A stretch of 64,000 bases of DNA from Endomicrobiia bacterium (lineage in GTDB: Bacteria; Elusimicrobiota; Endomicrobiia; DTEH01). Position 1 is the first letter of the stretch; every line of letters starts with the position of its first letter. The stretch covers positions 7,730 to 71,729 of the forward strand of contig JANXCA010000001.1 of the NCBI GenBank assembly GCA_025060535.1. The letters run 5' to 3'. Of this stretch, positions 30,695 to 39,731 are shown piece after piece. The notes beneath the pieces were generated by a model. The model saw only the letters and a program-made list of their open reading frames with translations, was not told the origin of the DNA and ran no database searches. The position numbers and the translations under genes were made by a program.

Positions 30695-31732
30695 TTAAAC
30701 CAAAACTTCTTCTCCTTTTGCTAAAACTAAACTTCTTATAACTTTTCTCATATCTATTTTCCCTGGACAAACTTCTATACATCTACCACAACCACTACAG
30801 GCATACATATTAAAATTTTCATATCTATATACAAACTTACATTGATATCTGTTTCTAAAACGTTGATATTTATATTTTCTAGGATTTGCTCCACCCGCAA
30901 CTCTGGAATATCCAGTAAAATGGCACACATCCCATACTTTATCTCTGTGTTGATCTTTATAATCCTTTGAAGCTTCCCTAATTAAAAAGCAATAACAACT
31001 TGGACATATAAAATTACAACCTCCACATTGAACACATTTTTCTGATTCTTTTTCCCAAATGCTTTCTAATTCATATGTATTTTTTAATGTAAGATAATGC
31101 TTATTTTTTTTATCTTCTTTGATATATTCTTTATTAAACTCATATATTTTCCTTTCAGAAACTACCCTTACACTATTTCTTTTTAAATAATCATTTTTTG
31201 TTGGTTCTTCAAACTCATTAAAATTTTCTTTTAAAAATTCCTCACCCTTTTGAGTAAATGCCTCCAAAATCAAATTATTTTCATCTACAAAAGAAATATT
31301 TAAGTCACTTCCGTCCCCTTTTTCTACATAAGGTCTACCACCAACTATACTACAAAAACAAGACAACTGAGGATTTATACAATCAGAAGATATAATTAAA
31401 GTATTTTCTTTATAAATTTTATATTTCTCATCTACATATTCTTCTCCTATAAATATATTGTCTAAAATTCTTATTGCTTTGAGGTCACAAAATTTTACAT
31501 CTAACAATAAAATCTTTTCGACAGAAGTAAAACTGGTTAGTATGTCTTTTACTTTAAAGAAAAATAATTTAGGAGGGTGTATACAACGAATGTTTAATAA
31601 TGCTAAATTTTGTATTTCTTGTGGATTAATTATTTTTTTATAGATTTGATCAAAATTATGATATATTATAATAAAATTATTCAAATTTTTAAAAACCGAT
31701 AAAAGATCGGAATAATTTATTATTTTCTCCAT
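30695..31732 (-). CDS. 4Fe-4S subunit (HydB/AsrA/FlxB-like)
   Basis: CDLKAI, CFCS, CVQCGGCNFICPSCYC, CSGCGRCIEVCP. Confidence 0.9.
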   Translation of the reverse strand: MEKIINYSDLLSVFKNLNNFIIIYHNFDQIYKKIINPQEIQNLALLNIRCIHPPKLFFFKVKDILTSFTSVEKILLLDVKFCDLKAIRILDNIFIGEEYVDEKYKIYKENTLIISSDCINPQLSCFCSIVGGRPYVEKGDGSDLNISFVDENNLILEAFTQKGEEFLKENFNEFEEPTKNDYLKRNSVRVVSERKIYEFNKEYIKEDKKNKHYLTLKNTYELESIWEKESEKCVQCGGCNFICPSCYCFLIREASKDYKDQHRDKVWDVCHFTGYSRVAGGANPRKYKYQRFRNRYQCKFVYRYENFNMYACSGCGRCIEVCPGKIDMRKVIRSLVLAKGEEVLV

Positions 31733-31741
31733 AATACTTAT

Positions 31742-31759
31742 TTGTGAAATTTTTCACAA
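31742..31759. promoter_or_regulatory. Rex-type operator upstream of the hydrogenase operon
   Basis: TTGTGAA-ATTT-TTCACAA, with the palindrome extending 31740..31761; matches the Rex consensus TTGTGAA-W4-TTCACAA. Confidence 0.85.
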
Positions 31760-31776
31760 ATTATAAAATTTTTAAA

Positions 31777-31805
31777 AAGATATATAATACAAAATATCTT
31801 GTCAA
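31777..31805 (-). promoter_or_regulatory. Putative sigma70 promoter of the hydrogenase operon
   Basis: TTGACA (31805..31800)-17 nt-TATCTT (31782..31777). Confidence 0.65.
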
Positions 31806-31808
31806 GCA

Positions 31809-32234
31809 TTAATAAATCTTTTCCTCTTCAGTAAACTTTTGACATTTTATGCAGAGATCTGTCCAAGGTAATGTTTCTAATCTCTTTTTAGGAATTTTTT
31901 CTCCACATTTACTACAAATACCATATTCTTTTTTTTCTATTTTTTCTAATGCTGCGTTTATTAAATTTAAAAGATTTATTTGTGTATCAGAGAGTTCACG
32001 GCGAAGTTCCCTATCTAAATTATGTTCTGCCATATCTATCTCATCACCTATGTCTGTGGGAAGCTCTATATTATTAGTTTTGTGAAGTTTCATTAATTCA
32101 TTATATTTTTCTATTAACTTTTTTTTATAGTACTCCAATTCTTTTTCTGAGATTTCTGCTTTTTTACAAACTTTTTGTTTAACTTTATATTTTTTTTTAT
32201 TAAGATTTTTATTAAGACTTTTCTTTTTTTTCAT
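31809..32234 (-). CDS. dksA: DksA/TraR family C4 zinc-finger protein
   Basis: DEIDMA (DxxDxA) coiled-coil tip, YGICSKCGEKIPKKRL...CIKCQ. Confidence 0.85.
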   Translation of the reverse strand: MKKKKSLNKNLNKKKYKVKQKVCKKAEISEKELEYYKKKLIEKYNELMKLHKTNNIELPTDIGDEIDMAEHNLDRELRRELSDTQINLLNLINAALEKIEKKEYGICSKCGEKIPKKRLETLPWTDLCIKCQKFTEEEKIY

Positions 32235-32240
32235 AAAGGT

Positions 32241-33695
32241 TCACCTTATGACTTTAATGGTTTTTAAATTTTCACTTTCTTGTCCACTTATTCTTACTGC
32301 GTAGGAAGAAATTTCTTGAAGATAATCAACTGTGTCCTTAGTTATTCTTTCTCCTGGAGTTAAAATAGGTAATCCAGGAGGATAAGGTGTTAAAGTCTGT
32401 GCTGAAATGTATCCCACAGATTTTTTTAAAGAAACTCTCTTTGTATTAGTAGAAAAAAATGCATCTCGAGGAAGCATTACAACTTCAGTAGAAAGTGGAG
32501 GAATTTGAAGTTTCTGAATCTCATAATCTCCAGAGTATTTTTTGGAAATATCTGTTATAGCATACACCAACTTCTCTACATCCTCTTTTGATGTACCAAA
32601 TCCACTTATCGCTACTAAATTAAACATATCAGCACAGTCAACTTGGATTTTATATTCCTTAGCAAGGATTTCTTCTATTTTATACCCTGTAAGACCTGTC
32701 TTTGTAACATTTATTGTAAGTTTTGTAAGATCTAAATCATAATATTCTGATTTGATTTCTTTTCTTGTCAAAGCAAATATATTAGGAAGTTTGTTAATTT
32801 CTTCTCTTGCCTTTTCACAATAAGAAATAATTTTACTAAAAACTTTAGTTCCATTTTTTACTACTTGCATTCTCGCTGCATCAATAGATGCTAAAATAAA
32901 ATAATTTGGACTTGTGGTTTGAAGCATGGATACAACTCTTTTTACTCTGTTTATATCAATCTTTGAAGAATTAAAATGTAATACTGATGCTTGACTTAAT
33001 GCTGAAAGTACTTTATGAACTGAATGCACACACATATCAGCTCCCACCTCCACAGCTGAAACAGGTAAGTCAGGATGGAACTTCAAATGCGGACCATGTG
33101 CTTCGTCTACTAATAAAATTTTGTTATGTTTTTTACAAACTTCTTGTATTTTTATAAGATCAGGACATATACCATTGTAGTTAGGAGAGGTTATAAATAC
33201 TGCTTTTGCTTCTGGATAGTTATTAATATATTCTTCTACTTCTTTAGAAGAAATTTCATATATTATGTCCCTTTGTTGATCCACTACAGGTTTAGCCCAT
33301 ATGGGCCATACACCTGCAAGAATTATACCTGCTAAAACTGACTTATGACATGTTCTTGAAAGTATTACAGAATCTCCAGGATCACAAGCAGACAACAACA
33401 TAGCGATATTACCTACAGTGGAACCATTTACTAAGAAAAATGAATTTTTTACATTGTAAGCTTTAGCCATAAGCTCTTGAGCAAGTTTTATACAGCTTAC
33501 AGGATCATGTAAAGAATCTACTTCAGGAAAAACAGTTACATCTAAGTAATATACATTACGTTTTGTAAAATCCCTTAATTTAGGCAAGATACTAGCACCA
33601 TTTTTATGTCCCGGAGTATGAAAAGATGTTACTTTGTTCTTTGCATGATTAAGTAAAACATCCAAAAGTGGTGTTGAATTTTGTGTAATTTTCAT
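32241..33695 (-). CDS. Orn/Lys/Arg decarboxylase (fold-type I PLP, Bacillus SpeA-like); start set at ATG 33695
   Basis: FHTPGHK, LVNGST, VDEAHG, SVHK (PLP Lys), QTTSP, PYPPGLP. The track's TTG start at 33734 coincides with a TTGACA -35 box. Confidence 0.9.
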   Translation of the reverse strand: MKITQNSTPLLDVLLNHAKNKVTSFHTPGHKNGASILPKLRDFTKRNVYYLDVTVFPEVDSLHDPVSCIKLAQELMAKAYNVKNSFFLVNGSTVGNIAMLLSACDPGDSVILSRTCHKSVLAGIILAGVWPIWAKPVVDQQRDIIYEISSKEVEEYINNYPEAKAVFITSPNYNGICPDLIKIQEVCKKHNKILLVDEAHGPHLKFHPDLPVSAVEVGADMCVHSVHKVLSALSQASVLHFNSSKIDINRVKRVVSMLQTTSPNYFILASIDAARMQVVKNGTKVFSKIISYCEKAREEINKLPNIFALTRKEIKSEYYDLDLTKLTINVTKTGLTGYKIEEILAKEYKIQVDCADMFNLVAISGFGTSKEDVEKLVYAITDISKKYSGDYEIQKLQIPPLSTEVVMLPRDAFFSTNTKRVSLKKSVGYISAQTLTPYPPGLPILTPGERITKDTVDYLQEISSYAVRISGQESENLKTIKVIR

Positions 33696-33705
33696 TTTTT
33701 GTTTT

Positions 33706-33734
33706 AGTTTATATTTTTTTCTTTTTTTTGTCAA
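33706..33734 (-). promoter_or_regulatory. Putative sigma70 promoter of the decarboxylase-dksA unit
   Basis: TTGACA (33734..33729)-17 nt-TAAACT (33711..33706). Confidence 0.6.
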
Positions 33735-33809
33735 TATTTAAAATAAAATTTTTAAATGATAATTGAATTTTATTTCATTATTTTATAATTAAAAAATTCA
33801 CAAAAACCT

Positions 33810-34925
33810 ATGAAACCAAACATAAATATAGAAACTCCTTATTATTTTATCGACGAAAAAAAGATATTTAAAAATTTAAAAAAAATATCCTGGCTTAAAG
33901 AAAAAACCGGTGTAAAGGTAGTGCTTGCTTTAAAATGTTTTTCAACATGGAGCGTCTTTGGTTTACTTCGTGAATATCTTGATGGTACTACAAGCAGCTC
34001 ATTATACGAAACACGCCTAGGATATGAAAAATTCGGTAAAGAAACTCATGCATATTGCGTTGGATACACATTAGAAGATATAAAAGAAATTAAAAAATAT
34101 TCTAACATAATTATATTTAACTCTATAAGTCAACTAAAAAGATTTTACAAAGAAGTAAAAGGATTAAGCATAGGAATAAGGATTAATCCTAAAGTAAGTT
34201 ATTCACAATATGATTTAGCTGATCCTGCAAGAAAATTTTCAAGGTTGGGTGTAATTGATAAAAATGAGATCAAAAAAATAATAAATCTTATTGATGGTGT
34301 CATGTTTCATTTTAATTGTGAAAACGACAATTTTGAAAATTTTTCTAATAACTTGGATTATATTTCAAAAGAATTTGAAGATATTTTACATAAAATGAAA
34401 TGGGTTAGTCTAGGAGGTGGTATTTATTTTACAAAAAAGGGCTATCCTCTAAATGAGTTCGCAAAGAAACTAAAATCTTTTATAAAGAAGTTCAAACTTC
34501 AAGTATATTTAGAACCAGGAGAATCTGTAGTTACAGAAGCTGCTGAGTTAGTAACAAAAGTAGTAGATATAGTACATAATGAAATTGATATTGCTATAGT
34601 AGATGCTTCTACAGAACCTCATATGTTAGATTTACTTATTTATGGTACTCCTGCAAAAATTAAATCATATCCTGACGGGAAATATAGATATATGATAGCT
34701 GGGAGATCATGTTTAGCTGGAGACATATTTGGTGTTTATAATTTTAGAAAAAAATTAAAAGTTGGAGATATAATAAGAATACAAGATGCTGCGGGATATA
34801 CAATGGTAAAGAAAAATTGGTTTAATGGTTTACAAATGCCTTCTATTGTAGTAAAAAGACTAAATGGTAATATAGAAGTAGTCAGAAAATTCACATATGA
34901 GGATTATTTATATAGTTTATCATAA
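33810..34925 (+). CDS. nspC: Carboxy(nor)spermidine decarboxylase
   Basis: TPYY, LALKCFS, YDLADP...SRLG, SLGGG, YLEPGE, SCLAGD, YTMVKKNWFNG. Confidence 0.93.
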   Translation: MKPNINIETPYYFIDEKKIFKNLKKISWLKEKTGVKVVLALKCFSTWSVFGLLREYLDGTTSSSLYETRLGYEKFGKETHAYCVGYTLEDIKEIKKYSNIIIFNSISQLKRFYKEVKGLSIGIRINPKVSYSQYDLADPARKFSRLGVIDKNEIKKIINLIDGVMFHFNCENDNFENFSNNLDYISKEFEDILHKMKWVSLGGGIYFTKKGYPLNEFAKKLKSFIKKFKLQVYLEPGESVVTEAAELVTKVVDIVHNEIDIAIVDASTEPHMLDLLIYGTPAKIKSYPDGKYRYMIAGRSCLAGDIFGVYNFRKKLKVGDIIRIQDAAGYTMVKKNWFNGLQMPSIVVKRLNGNIEVVRKFTYEDYLYSLS

Positions 34926-34970
34926 AAGTTCATTAAAAAATCTAAAATTTAAAGCAGGAGGTTAAAAACT

Positions 34971-36212
34971 ATGGCAAGAAAAAATGTTTTACTTATAGGT
35001 GCAGGAGGTGTAGCACATGTAGCTGCACATAAAATAGCAATGAATAATGACATATTAGGTGATCTATGTATAGCTTCTAGAACACAAAGTAAATGTGACA
35101 AAATTATAGAAAGTATTAAAAGAAAAGGAAATATAAAAGATACCTCAAAGAAAATATATTCAAGACAAGTAAATGCATTGGATGTCAAGGCTGTAGTAGA
35201 ATTAATAAAAGAAACAAAATCAGAAATGGTAATAAATTTAGGACAATCCTATGTTAATATGTCAGTACTTGAAGCTTGTATAGAAACAGGAGCAGCATAT
35301 TTTGATACAGCAATACATGAAGAACCCGATAAAGTTTGTGAAAATCCTCCATGGTATGCAAACTATGAATGGAAAAGAAAAGAAATATGTGAAAAAAAAG
35401 GTATTACTGCGATTTTATCTGTTGGTGCAGATCCAGGTATTGTGAATGCATATACTGCATATGCAAAAAAACATTATTTTGATGAAATAACCACTGTAGA
35501 TATAGTAGATGTAAATGCAGGAAATCATGGAAAATTTTTCGCTACTAATTTTGACCCTGAAATAAACTTTAGAGAATTTGTAAAAGCATGGGTGTGGATT
35601 GATAAAAAATGGGTAGCTGAACCAGTACATACAATAAAAAGAGAATTTGATCTTCCTGGATTAGGAAGATATACTGTGTATTTAAACGGACATGATGAAA
35701 TACATTCTTTATCTCAAAATATGGATATAAATACAATAAGGTTCTGGATGTATTTTTCTGATCATTATCTTAATGTATTTAACACATTAAAAAACATAGG
35801 ATTAACTTCTCACCTCCCCATAAAAACACATGATGGAAAAGAAGTAATTCCCTTAAGAGTTTTAAAAGCTCTTCTTCCTGATCCCGCTTCGTTAGCTGGT
35901 CCTAACTATACTGGTGTAGAATGGATAGGTAATTTTATAGAAGGAAAAAAGAATAATAAGGAAAGAAAAATGGTAATATATCTAATATGCGATCATCAAG
36001 AAGTATGGAAAGAGGTTGAATCACACGCAATTTGTTATACAGCAGGTGTTCCCCCAGTAGTCGCAGCAATACTTGTAGCAAAAGGAATTTGGGATGTTAA
36101 AAAAATGGTGAATGTAGAAGAATTAGATCCTGATCCATTCCTTGAAATTCTTTCAAAAAATGGACTAAAGACACATATAATAGTAGAAGAAATTGAAAGG
36201 AAAGAGATTTAA
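34971..36212 (+). CDS. Carboxy(nor)spermidine dehydrogenase (saccharopine dehydrogenase family)
   Basis: IGAGGVA, IASRT, GADPG, DVNAGNHG...FATNFDPEINFRE; adjacent to nspC. Confidence 0.9.
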   Translation: MARKNVLLIGAGGVAHVAAHKIAMNNDILGDLCIASRTQSKCDKIIESIKRKGNIKDTSKKIYSRQVNALDVKAVVELIKETKSEMVINLGQSYVNMSVLEACIETGAAYFDTAIHEEPDKVCENPPWYANYEWKRKEICEKKGITAILSVGADPGIVNAYTAYAKKHYFDEITTVDIVDVNAGNHGKFFATNFDPEINFREFVKAWVWIDKKWVAEPVHTIKREFDLPGLGRYTVYLNGHDEIHSLSQNMDINTIRFWMYFSDHYLNVFNTLKNIGLTSHLPIKTHDGKEVIPLRVLKALLPDPASLAGPNYTGVEWIGNFIEGKKNNKERKMVIYLICDHQEVWKEVESHAICYTAGVPPVVAAILVAKGIWDVKKMVNVEELDPDPFLEILSKNGLKTHIIVEEIERKEI

Positions 36213-36748
36213 TTTAGTTTAAGTTTTAATTTTTTAAAGTAATTCAAAATATTTTTTCTTGGAATTACAAGTTTAATATATTGAGAGATGTCTTTTCTCA
36301 ATTGAAGTCGTAAAGTAAAAACTTTTTTATGCAAGGTTGGATGAATAAAATTTTTAGCTATTTCTTCCATCGGATAAATTACAAATTTTCTATTTTGAAT
36401 TTTAGGATGAGGTATTTTTAAATTTTTAGTATTGATTATTTTTCTTCCATAGAAAAGAATATCTATATCAATAATTCGTGGTTGATATCTTTCTTTTTCA
36501 TAAGTTCTACCCATAAGTTTTTCAATATCTTTAGCTAATTTAAGTAAACTAAATGGTGTCAAATTAGTATCAATTTTTACCACACAATTATAAAAATAGG
36601 GTTGTTTAGTATTTTCTAAAGGAGAAGTAAGATATATAGAAGAAATATCTAAAATTTTACAACTTTTTGCAATATAAGCAATTGCATTTTTTATATTTTC
36701 ATATTTTTTGTATAAATTTGTACCTAAAGAAATATAAGCTATAACCAT
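36209..36748 (-). CDS. folK: 2-amino-4-hydroxy-6-hydroxymethyldihydropteridine diphosphokinase
   Basis: SLGTN, SSIY, PRIIDIDIL, IPHP...RKFV. Confidence 0.93.
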   Translation of the reverse strand: MVIAYISLGTNLYKKYENIKNAIAYIAKSCKILDISSIYLTSPLENTKQPYFYNCVVKIDTNLTPFSLLKLAKDIEKLMGRTYEKERYQPRIIDIDILFYGRKIINTKNLKIPHPKIQNRKFVIYPMEEIAKNFIHPTLHKKVFTLRLQLRKDISQYIKLVIPRKNILNYFKKLKLKLN

Positions 36749-36761
36749 ATATTACAAATTT

Positions 36762-37940
36762 TCACAAAACTTTTTTTATTCTCTCTAAAGCCTCTTGAAT
36801 TCTTTCCTTCGGTACTGTCAAGGCAAATCTTACATATCCCTCTCCACTTTTGCCCATACCTACTCCTGGAGTAACTACAACTCCCACATTTAAAAGTTTC
36901 TCAGCAAAAGATAATGAAGTCTCTTTCTTAGGAACTTTACACCATAAATAAAATGTCGCTTTTGGCAAAAACACATCTAAACCTAATTTTCTTAAACCAT
37001 TAAACAAAATATCTCTTCTTTCTTTATATATTTGTCTTACATTTTCTATACAATCTTGTGGTCCTTCTAAAGCAGCTATTGCAGCATATTGTATTGCACT
37101 AAAAACTCCAGAGTCATAGTTATCTTTTACTTTCGATAAACCAAAAATTATATCTTTATTACCACAAACAAAACCTACTCTCCAACCAGTCATATTATAT
37201 GTCTTAGAAAGAGAATGAAACTCTATACCTACATCTTTTGCACCTTTTATTGAAAGAAAACTTATAGGAGGGATTGAGTCGTCTAATTTATCATCTTTAA
37301 AATATATCTCAGAGTAGGCACAATCATGAGCAACAATTATGTTATACTCTTTTGCAAACTCAACTACTCTTTCAAAAAATTTCTTTGTAGCAACTTGTGT
37401 TGTCGGATTGTTGGGATAATTTAAAAACATTAATTTTGTTCTTTTAAGGATATCTTTAGGTATATCTTCTAATATTGGTAAAAAATTGTTATCTTCTTTT
37501 AAAGACATATAATACACTTTACCACCAGCAAGAATAACAGAAGAAGAATACACAGGGTAGCCAGGTTCAGGGACTAATACATAGTCATCTTTATCTACAA
37601 ATGCCAATGGTAAATGAGCTATACCTTCTTTTGAACCTATTAAAGAGTGAACTTCATTATTAGGATCAAGTTCTACATTAAATCTTTTTTTGTACCAATT
37701 AGCCACAGCAACACAAAACTCTTCCAATCCCTTTCCAAAAGGATATTGATGAGTTTTAGGATTATCTATTGCTTTTTTCATAGCCTCTATAATATGAGAA
37801 TGAGTAGGTAAATCTGGATCACCCACACCTAAAGAAATTATATCTACTCCTTTCTGTTGAAGTTCTTTTTTCTTTCTATCAAGTTCAATAAACAAATAAG
37901 GAGGTAGACTCATTAATTTATCACTATATTTTATTTCCAT
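36762..37940 (-). CDS. dapL: LL-diaminopimelate aminotransferase (class I/II PLP)
   Basis: LPPYLF, GVGDPDLPT, LIGSKEG, NYPNNPT, EFHSLSKTYNMTGWR. Confidence 0.85.
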   Translation of the reverse strand: MEIKYSDKLMSLPPYLFIELDRKKKELQQKGVDIISLGVGDPDLPTHSHIIEAMKKAIDNPKTHQYPFGKGLEEFCVAVANWYKKRFNVELDPNNEVHSLIGSKEGIAHLPLAFVDKDDYVLVPEPGYPVYSSSVILAGGKVYYMSLKEDNNFLPILEDIPKDILKRTKLMFLNYPNNPTTQVATKKFFERVVEFAKEYNIIVAHDCAYSEIYFKDDKLDDSIPPISFLSIKGAKDVGIEFHSLSKTYNMTGWRVGFVCGNKDIIFGLSKVKDNYDSGVFSAIQYAAIAALEGPQDCIENVRQIYKERRDILFNGLRKLGLDVFLPKATFYLWCKVPKKETSLSFAEKLLNVGVVVTPGVGMGKSGEGYVRFALTVPKERIQEALERIKKVL

Positions 37941-38165
37941 ATTTTAAAAGCCTCCCTCTTTTATGAAATTATGATAGTTTTTAAATAATAAAAATTACAA
38001 ACTTTTTAAAAAATAAAATCAAAAACGTGTTTTTTATCATAAACATTACATCATCCATTTTTTTAAAAAAAATACACATTTTTACTTTCATCTGAATTAT
38101 TAAAAATTAAAAAATCATAAAAACTTATATCTCATATTATAAAAGTCTCTATGCTATAACTTTAT

Positions 38166-38201
38166 AAAAAGAAAAAATTAAACGAACAATCTATTGTTTA
38201 A
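38166..38201 (-). terminator. Possible weak intrinsic terminator after rimI
   Basis: TTAAAC...GTTTAA stem (alternatively AACAAT/ATTGTT) followed by TTTTTTCTTTTT on the minus strand; stem is almost all AT. Confidence 0.3.
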
Positions 38202-38216
38202 CTTAACGCAAAACTT

Positions 38217-38681
38217 TTATAGGTTTTTAATCATTAATAACGCATCTTCTCCATCAGGATAAAACTTTTTTTTAGTTTCTACTTCATTAAAACCAAATTT
38301 CTTATAAAAAGATATCGCTTTATAATTACTAACTCTAACTTCTAAAATCACAATTTTTATGTTAAGAGGAATTAATTCATTAAATAAGTATAAAAGAAGT
38401 CTGCTTCCTATACCTTTATTTTGATATTCTTTCTTAACGGAAATATTAAGAATATGAGCTGTATCATTTGATAACCAACATACAACATAACCTATTACAT
38501 TATTATAAATTTTGCATACATAAAATTTTTTTATTTTATCTGAAAGTCTAATATTAAATAAAATAAAATCTCTACTCCAATGAAATTTAAAATTTTCTTT
38601 TTCTATTAAATATATCTGTAATACATCTTCATCTTTAGCCTCTTTAATTACTACATTATCTAAAGTTGAAGTTAACTCCAT
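38217..38681 (-). CDS. rimI: Ribosomal protein S18-alanine N-acetyltransferase (GNAT)
   Basis: HILNISV, QNKGIG, LEVRVSN, YYxDGEDA-like FYPDGEDALLM. Confidence 0.9.
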   Translation of the reverse strand: MELTSTLDNVVIKEAKDEDVLQIYLIEKENFKFHWSRDFILFNIRLSDKIKKFYVCKIYNNVIGYVVCWLSNDTAHILNISVKKEYQNKGIGSRLLLYLFNELIPLNIKIVILEVRVSNYKAISFYKKFGFNEVETKKKFYPDGEDALLMIKNL

Positions 38682-38684
38682 AAT

Positions 38685-39728
38685 TTATAGTTTTTTACTG
38701 AATTCAAAAAGAGTTTCTAAACACAAAATAACTCCAGAAACATCTACCTTATTTTTTAAAGCAACATCAGACGCAGTCCCATGACCAGGTGAAACTCTTA
38801 TAAACGGTAACCCAACAGTTATATTCACTATATTATAACCACATAATAATTTTAGTGGCACCATTGCTTGATCATGATATGTAGCAACTATAAGAGAGTT
38901 CGTATTTCTTTTAGCATAATTAAATGCATCTGAAGCCTGCAGAGGAAAGATAATTTCTATACTTAAATGCTTTTTTAATAATCTAATCCCATCTAGAATA
39001 ATTGTTTTTTCTTCTTTCCCTATTTTTCCTTCTTCTCCTGAATGAGGATTTAAATTACAGAAAAAAATTTTTTTTACTTTTTTCTCTTCATATTTATTAA
39101 TAAAATTAACAACATTATTAACTTGAAAAAATATATCTTTGCTATTTAAGTTTTTTGAAACATCTACCAAAGGTACATGTCTTGTTAATAACAATACTCT
39201 ATATATATTACCTTCTTTATCTTTCCCTTTCATCAACATACTTATTTTATTTTTGCTTATATTAAACTTATCCGCAAAATATTCTGTATGACCTTTAAAA
39301 TTCTTATAAAATTTACAAATTTTACTTTTTGAAATAGGCATTGTAAGAACAAAAAACTCTAAATTATTTCTCAAAAAAAAATTAACTACTTCACACATTT
39401 TTTCTAAAGAAAAAAATGAAATTTTCCCTATAAATTTTTTAACTTCTGAATTTTTAATTTCGGGTAATATATCTATTACCAAACAATGATTTTTAGAGAG
39501 ATCTAAAAGTTGAAAAGATTGTAGAATCTCTGTGTTAACTTTAAAAGGAAAAAAAGTTAGATTATATTTATAAGCTATGTATTTTAACCAATTAAAATTA
39601 CCTATAATTATAGGATTAAAATAGCCTATGAAAGGATTATGCGAAGAAGACAAAATTTTTAACACCAACTCATAACCAACTCCATCTGCATCTCCACAAC
39701 TTATAATAAGCCATTTTTTTTGAAGCAT
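38685..39728 (-). CDS. pdxA: 4-hydroxythreonine-4-phosphate dehydrogenase family (divergent)
   Basis: GDADGVGYE, GHTEY, NPHSGE, YHDQ, GLPFIRVSPGHGTA; follows surA-like gene. Confidence 0.85.
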   Translation of the reverse strand: MLQKKWLIISCGDADGVGYELVLKILSSSHNPFIGYFNPIIIGNFNWLKYIAYKYNLTFFPFKVNTEILQSFQLLDLSKNHCLVIDILPEIKNSEVKKFIGKISFFSLEKMCEVVNFFLRNNLEFFVLTMPISKSKICKFYKNFKGHTEYFADKFNISKNKISMLMKGKDKEGNIYRVLLLTRHVPLVDVSKNLNSKDIFFQVNNVVNFINKYEEKKVKKIFFCNLNPHSGEEGKIGKEEKTIILDGIRLLKKHLSIEIIFPLQASDAFNYAKRNTNSLIVATYHDQAMVPLKLLCGYNIVNITVGLPFIRVSPGHGTASDVALKNKVDVSGVILCLETLFEFSKKL

Positions 39729-39731
39729 ATC

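Noticed and set aside
29863..31732. Annotation as anaerobic sulfite reductase AsrAB
   Set aside because: No siroheme AsrC subunit is present, and the genes are embedded in the hydrogenase operon.
36752..36768. Rex-like half site TTCACAA before folK
   Set aside because: Only one half matches, and it overlaps the dapL stop codon.
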